A program made the translations under genes and the position numbers. Positions 61,434 through 64,000 of a DNA stretch of 64,000 bases are shown here, piece after piece (positions within the stretch are counted from its first letter, which is position 1; each line of letters opens with the position of its first letter). Source of the DNA: Pseudovirgaria hyperparasitica. Taxonomy: Eukaryota. Under the pieces are notes generated by a model, which made no database searches, had not been told where the DNA came from, and saw nothing but the letters and a program-made list of their open reading frames with translations. Where the stretch lies: assembly GCA_010093815.1 (NCBI GenBank), contig ML996567.1; one strand, 5' to 3'.

Positions 61434-64000
61434 ATGACAGACCTTCCTAGTCCGTGCATTACAGGCAGTCCGACAAGGTCGCGACGATCGTCCCAGCCAG
61501 TATCCACTGCCTCACCCGATTTGATATCACCCCTCCAGTCTCCCCAGGCTTTTGCCTCCTTTCAGCGCCCCACCCCTACGCGCTCCGCTTCAAGTTCTGA
61601 CGACCGGCTGTCCAAATTGTTCCCTTCCAGACGGCCTTCGTCGGGTGGAAGGCCACCTTCGATATCCGAAGAGAGGAAACCACGGCCACCGTCGAAGCAG
61701 TTTTCGTTACCTGGGTCCTTGGTACCGGCGGTGCAACCTGCATATACTATACCATCAGCTCCAGCCCCCCCGGCATTTGCAGTTTCGCAGCCTCCAGCTC
61801 CACCCGCGTTCCCAGACCATACATCATATGATAGGACGGTGGACCCATTCGAAACGCAACATGCCCCAATAGCACAGTCCAAGCCAAGCCGGACAAAAAG
61901 TGTACTGGATAGATTCGCTTCACTGCGAGCGACAAGCATGTTCAGGTCGGCGAAGTACGCTACGCTTGACGATATTGACGGTGACTCTAGGGATAGGACA
62001 CAGAGGGAGCTTCCACATGTTGCTGAAGAGGACGAAGGGCTCGGAATCGATATTAGCGGGCTGGAAGGACCCATCGCTCTTCAGTCAATCCATAGGGGAA
62101 GACCAGCCAACGTCTCAGATCAACTCGATGCCGACGAGGATGCCATGTATGCTGGCCATGCGGCAGAGTTTGAACGACTAGAAGCTCATGATAGGGCCCT
62201 CGGACTGGGTATGGCAAATGTTGTGGAAGCAGCTTTCGAAACTTCTACTACTTCCAAAGTCACTCCTTCCCAAGGCATGACGATAATACATAAGCGGGAA
62301 CTGTCAAATCAAAATGTTGCAGCCCAGGACGCCGCAGAGAAGACTGGCGAGATACTTGCTGTGCCTGAAACTCCAGCATTCGACATCAGCACATTTGGCG
62401 GTGGTGACATTGGCACAAGCGATCCACTCAGCGTGAACGCGGAATCACGGGACGTATCTGATAAGCCTATGAGTTACTTCTTCCCGGAAGATAAGGAGAT
62501 GCCGGACTGGCGACCAGTGTCGATGCGCTGGTTTTATGTCGGCCTTCTAGTCTTACTCGCTTTCACCCTGGCTGGACTACAGGAATATCTTTGTCAACTC
62601 TCCATTAAGAAGAAGAAGGAAGGTGGTGGCATTCTGGCATTCAAGGAGGCCAACGAACTCAGCGTTCTAGCATACTTTACATGGAAGTACGCGCCCACCA
62701 TTGTCCTGCTATCTTACGGTATTCTCTGGCAAATCACCGACTACGAAATTAAGCGTCTCGAGCCCTACTATCAACTCTCTAAACGAACAGGTGCCACCGC
62801 AGCAGAGTCCCTTAATATCGACTACATATCACTTATTTCATACTTTGTACCTTTCCAAGCTGTCCGACATGGCCATTGGGCTGTTGTAATCTCCTCTATG
62901 GGATATCTTTCAGCCGGCTCAATTGTGCCCATTCTCCAGTCTGCATCCGTAAACATATATCCTGATAAGGCACACCGGAAAGAAAATGAGTTCAAATACG
63001 TTCTGATTGATCCCGGCTGGTCACGTGCCGTCTCGGCAGTATTGGTCTTTGCTGCCATTCTGGGTATTGCCTTATTGGTCTCAATACGGCGCAAATCAGG
63101 CCTTCTGTCCGATCCCAAGGGTATCGCAGGCATTGCAGCCATGGCTACGCGCAGCCATATCCTCAACGATTTCCGCGGCTTAGACACCGCAAGCCAGAAC
63201 ACTATCAATAAACAACTACGGCACCGAAGATACATTCTACACAAGAGTGCCCTATGGCAAGGAGAGTACATCCGTAACTCGGCCCACACAATCCGCGAAC
63301 ACCACACGGATTCCCGACCGATTATGCTCACGAAACGTGCGGGTTACCCGTTCGTCGGCTCCATTGTTGTCGTCGCAATTCTTATACCTATTTTTATGTT
63401 TATTCCATCAGCAAACGTCCTCACTGAAAAAGTGCCTTTTCTCCTTACCGCCATCGCTACCGGCATCAAACTCATCTGGGGCTCTCTTGACATGAGCATG
63501 CGGCTCATGGAACCCTGGGTCATCCTCAGCATGCGCGGCGCCCCTGCCTCGACACTCACCCTGGACTACACTGGCACGATACCCGGATATTTGTCTTTGA
63601 AAGCCCTCGTGAACAAACACTACCTCGTGAGTCTCGTCGGAATTGGAGCCATCCTCACTGAGATACTCACTGTATGTGCATCCTCGTTCTCTGTCGACGG
63701 CCTCAAATTCATCGCTGGCCAAGACGGGGGGCTAGGCAGTAGCAGTGGTGATCCTCCAGACATGCTACGCCTACGCGACGAAGATGACGTCGATGATGGT
63801 GTGTCTCGCTCCAACTCTGGAGAGACGTTCAAATCATTCTGGGTATCATTCGGCCTATCCATCACTATTCTTATCTACCTCACTATCGTAGCTATCCTAT
63901 GCCTCGTCCGACGCAGCAAGAAAATTATGCCGCGTACGCCGGGTCCAATCGCATCTACGCTAGCCTTCATCCACCAGAGTAAGATGCTGAATGTGTTTGT
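61434..64000 (+). CDS. DUF3433 (Spray-like) multi-pass membrane protein, 3' end beyond the window
   Basis: Frame appears open from ATG 61434 to the window end (absent from the ORF track because it has no stop). Motifs WRPVSMR, FTWKYAPT, DYEIKRLEPYYQLS...A.ESLNIDY, SGLLSDPKGIAGIAAM, MRLMEPW...TLTLDY, PGPIAS. Confidence 0.88.
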   Translation, partial: MTDLPSPCITGSPTRSRRSSQPVSTASPDLISPLQSPQAFASFQRPTPTRSASSSDDRLSKLFPSRRPSSGGRPPSISEERKPRPPSKQFSLPGSLVPAVQPAYTIPSAPAPPAFAVSQPPAPPAFPDHTSYDRTVDPFETQHAPIAQSKPSRTKSVLDRFASLRATSMFRSAKYATLDDIDGDSRDRTQRELPHVAEEDEGLGIDISGLEGPIALQSIHRGRPANVSDQLDADEDAMYAGHAAEFERLEAHDRALGLGMANVVEAAFETSTTSKVTPSQGMTIIHKRELSNQNVAAQDAAEKTGEILAVPETPAFDISTFGGGDIGTSDPLSVNAESRDVSDKPMSYFFPEDKEMPDWRPVSMRWFYVGLLVLLAFTLAGLQEYLCQLSIKKKKEGGGILAFKEANELSVLAYFTWKYAPTIVLLSYGILWQITDYEIKRLEPYYQLSKRTGATAAESLNIDYISLISYFVPFQAVRHGHWAVVISSMGYLSAGSIVPILQSASVNIYPDKAHRKENEFKYVLIDPGWSRAVSAVLVFAAILGIALLVSIRRKSGLLSDPKGIAGIAAMATRSHILNDFRGLDTASQNTINKQLRHRRYILHKSALWQGEYIRNSAHTIREHHTDSRPIMLTKRAGYPFVGSIVVVAILIPIFMFIPSANVLTEKVPFLLTAIATGIKLIWGSLDMSMRLMEPWVILSMRGAPASTLTLDYTGTIPGYLSLKALVNKHYLVSLVGIGAILTEILTVCASSFSVDGLKFIAGQDGGLGSSSGDPPDMLRLRDEDDVDDGVSRSNSGETFKSFWVSFGLSITILIYLTIVAILCLVRRSKKIMPRTPGPIASTLAFIHQSKMLNVF

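Noticed and set aside
1..64000. Intact transposons, rRNA, CRISPR arrays, PKS/NRPS backbone genes
   Set aside because: No transposase or RT motifs, terminal repeats, rRNA-like sequence, spaced repeats or megasynthase ORFs were seen.

Overview
Gene-dense, intron-rich nuclear DNA of a filamentous ascomycete (Pezizomycotina): GT-AG introns of about 45-60 nt with CTRAY branch points. I find about 30 protein-coding genes, one intron-containing tRNA-Trp and one clear pseudogene. I saw no intact transposon, rRNA or CRISPR array. Housekeeping genes (LSC2, NTF2, TVP18, AIM21-like, ARL1, RPC31, ZRG17-like, HSM3-like, PIG-Y-like, thiolase) are interleaved with accessory blocks. (i) 0.7-11.7 kb: bacterial YsnE-like GNAT, PDR ABC transporter with an AtrR-type CGG-N12-CCG site, M24 peptidase, NIS1-like effector and secreted EEP hydrolase. 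(ii) 30.4-35.2 kb: gene-poor and partly degenerate, with a nucleotidyltransferase-fold gene lacking its catalytic DxD next to an atypical tRNA-Trp. (iii) 36.5-46.1 kb: candidate nitrogen-regulated catabolic cluster (BetB-type aldehyde dehydrogenase, PuuE-type allantoinase/deacetylase, amidase pseudogene, NCS1 permease, old yellow enzyme) with dense HGATAR sites and a palindromic Zn2Cys6-type site; this is the best candidate for an undescribed system. Gene models were spliced by hand and family calls come from motif recognition, not database searches.
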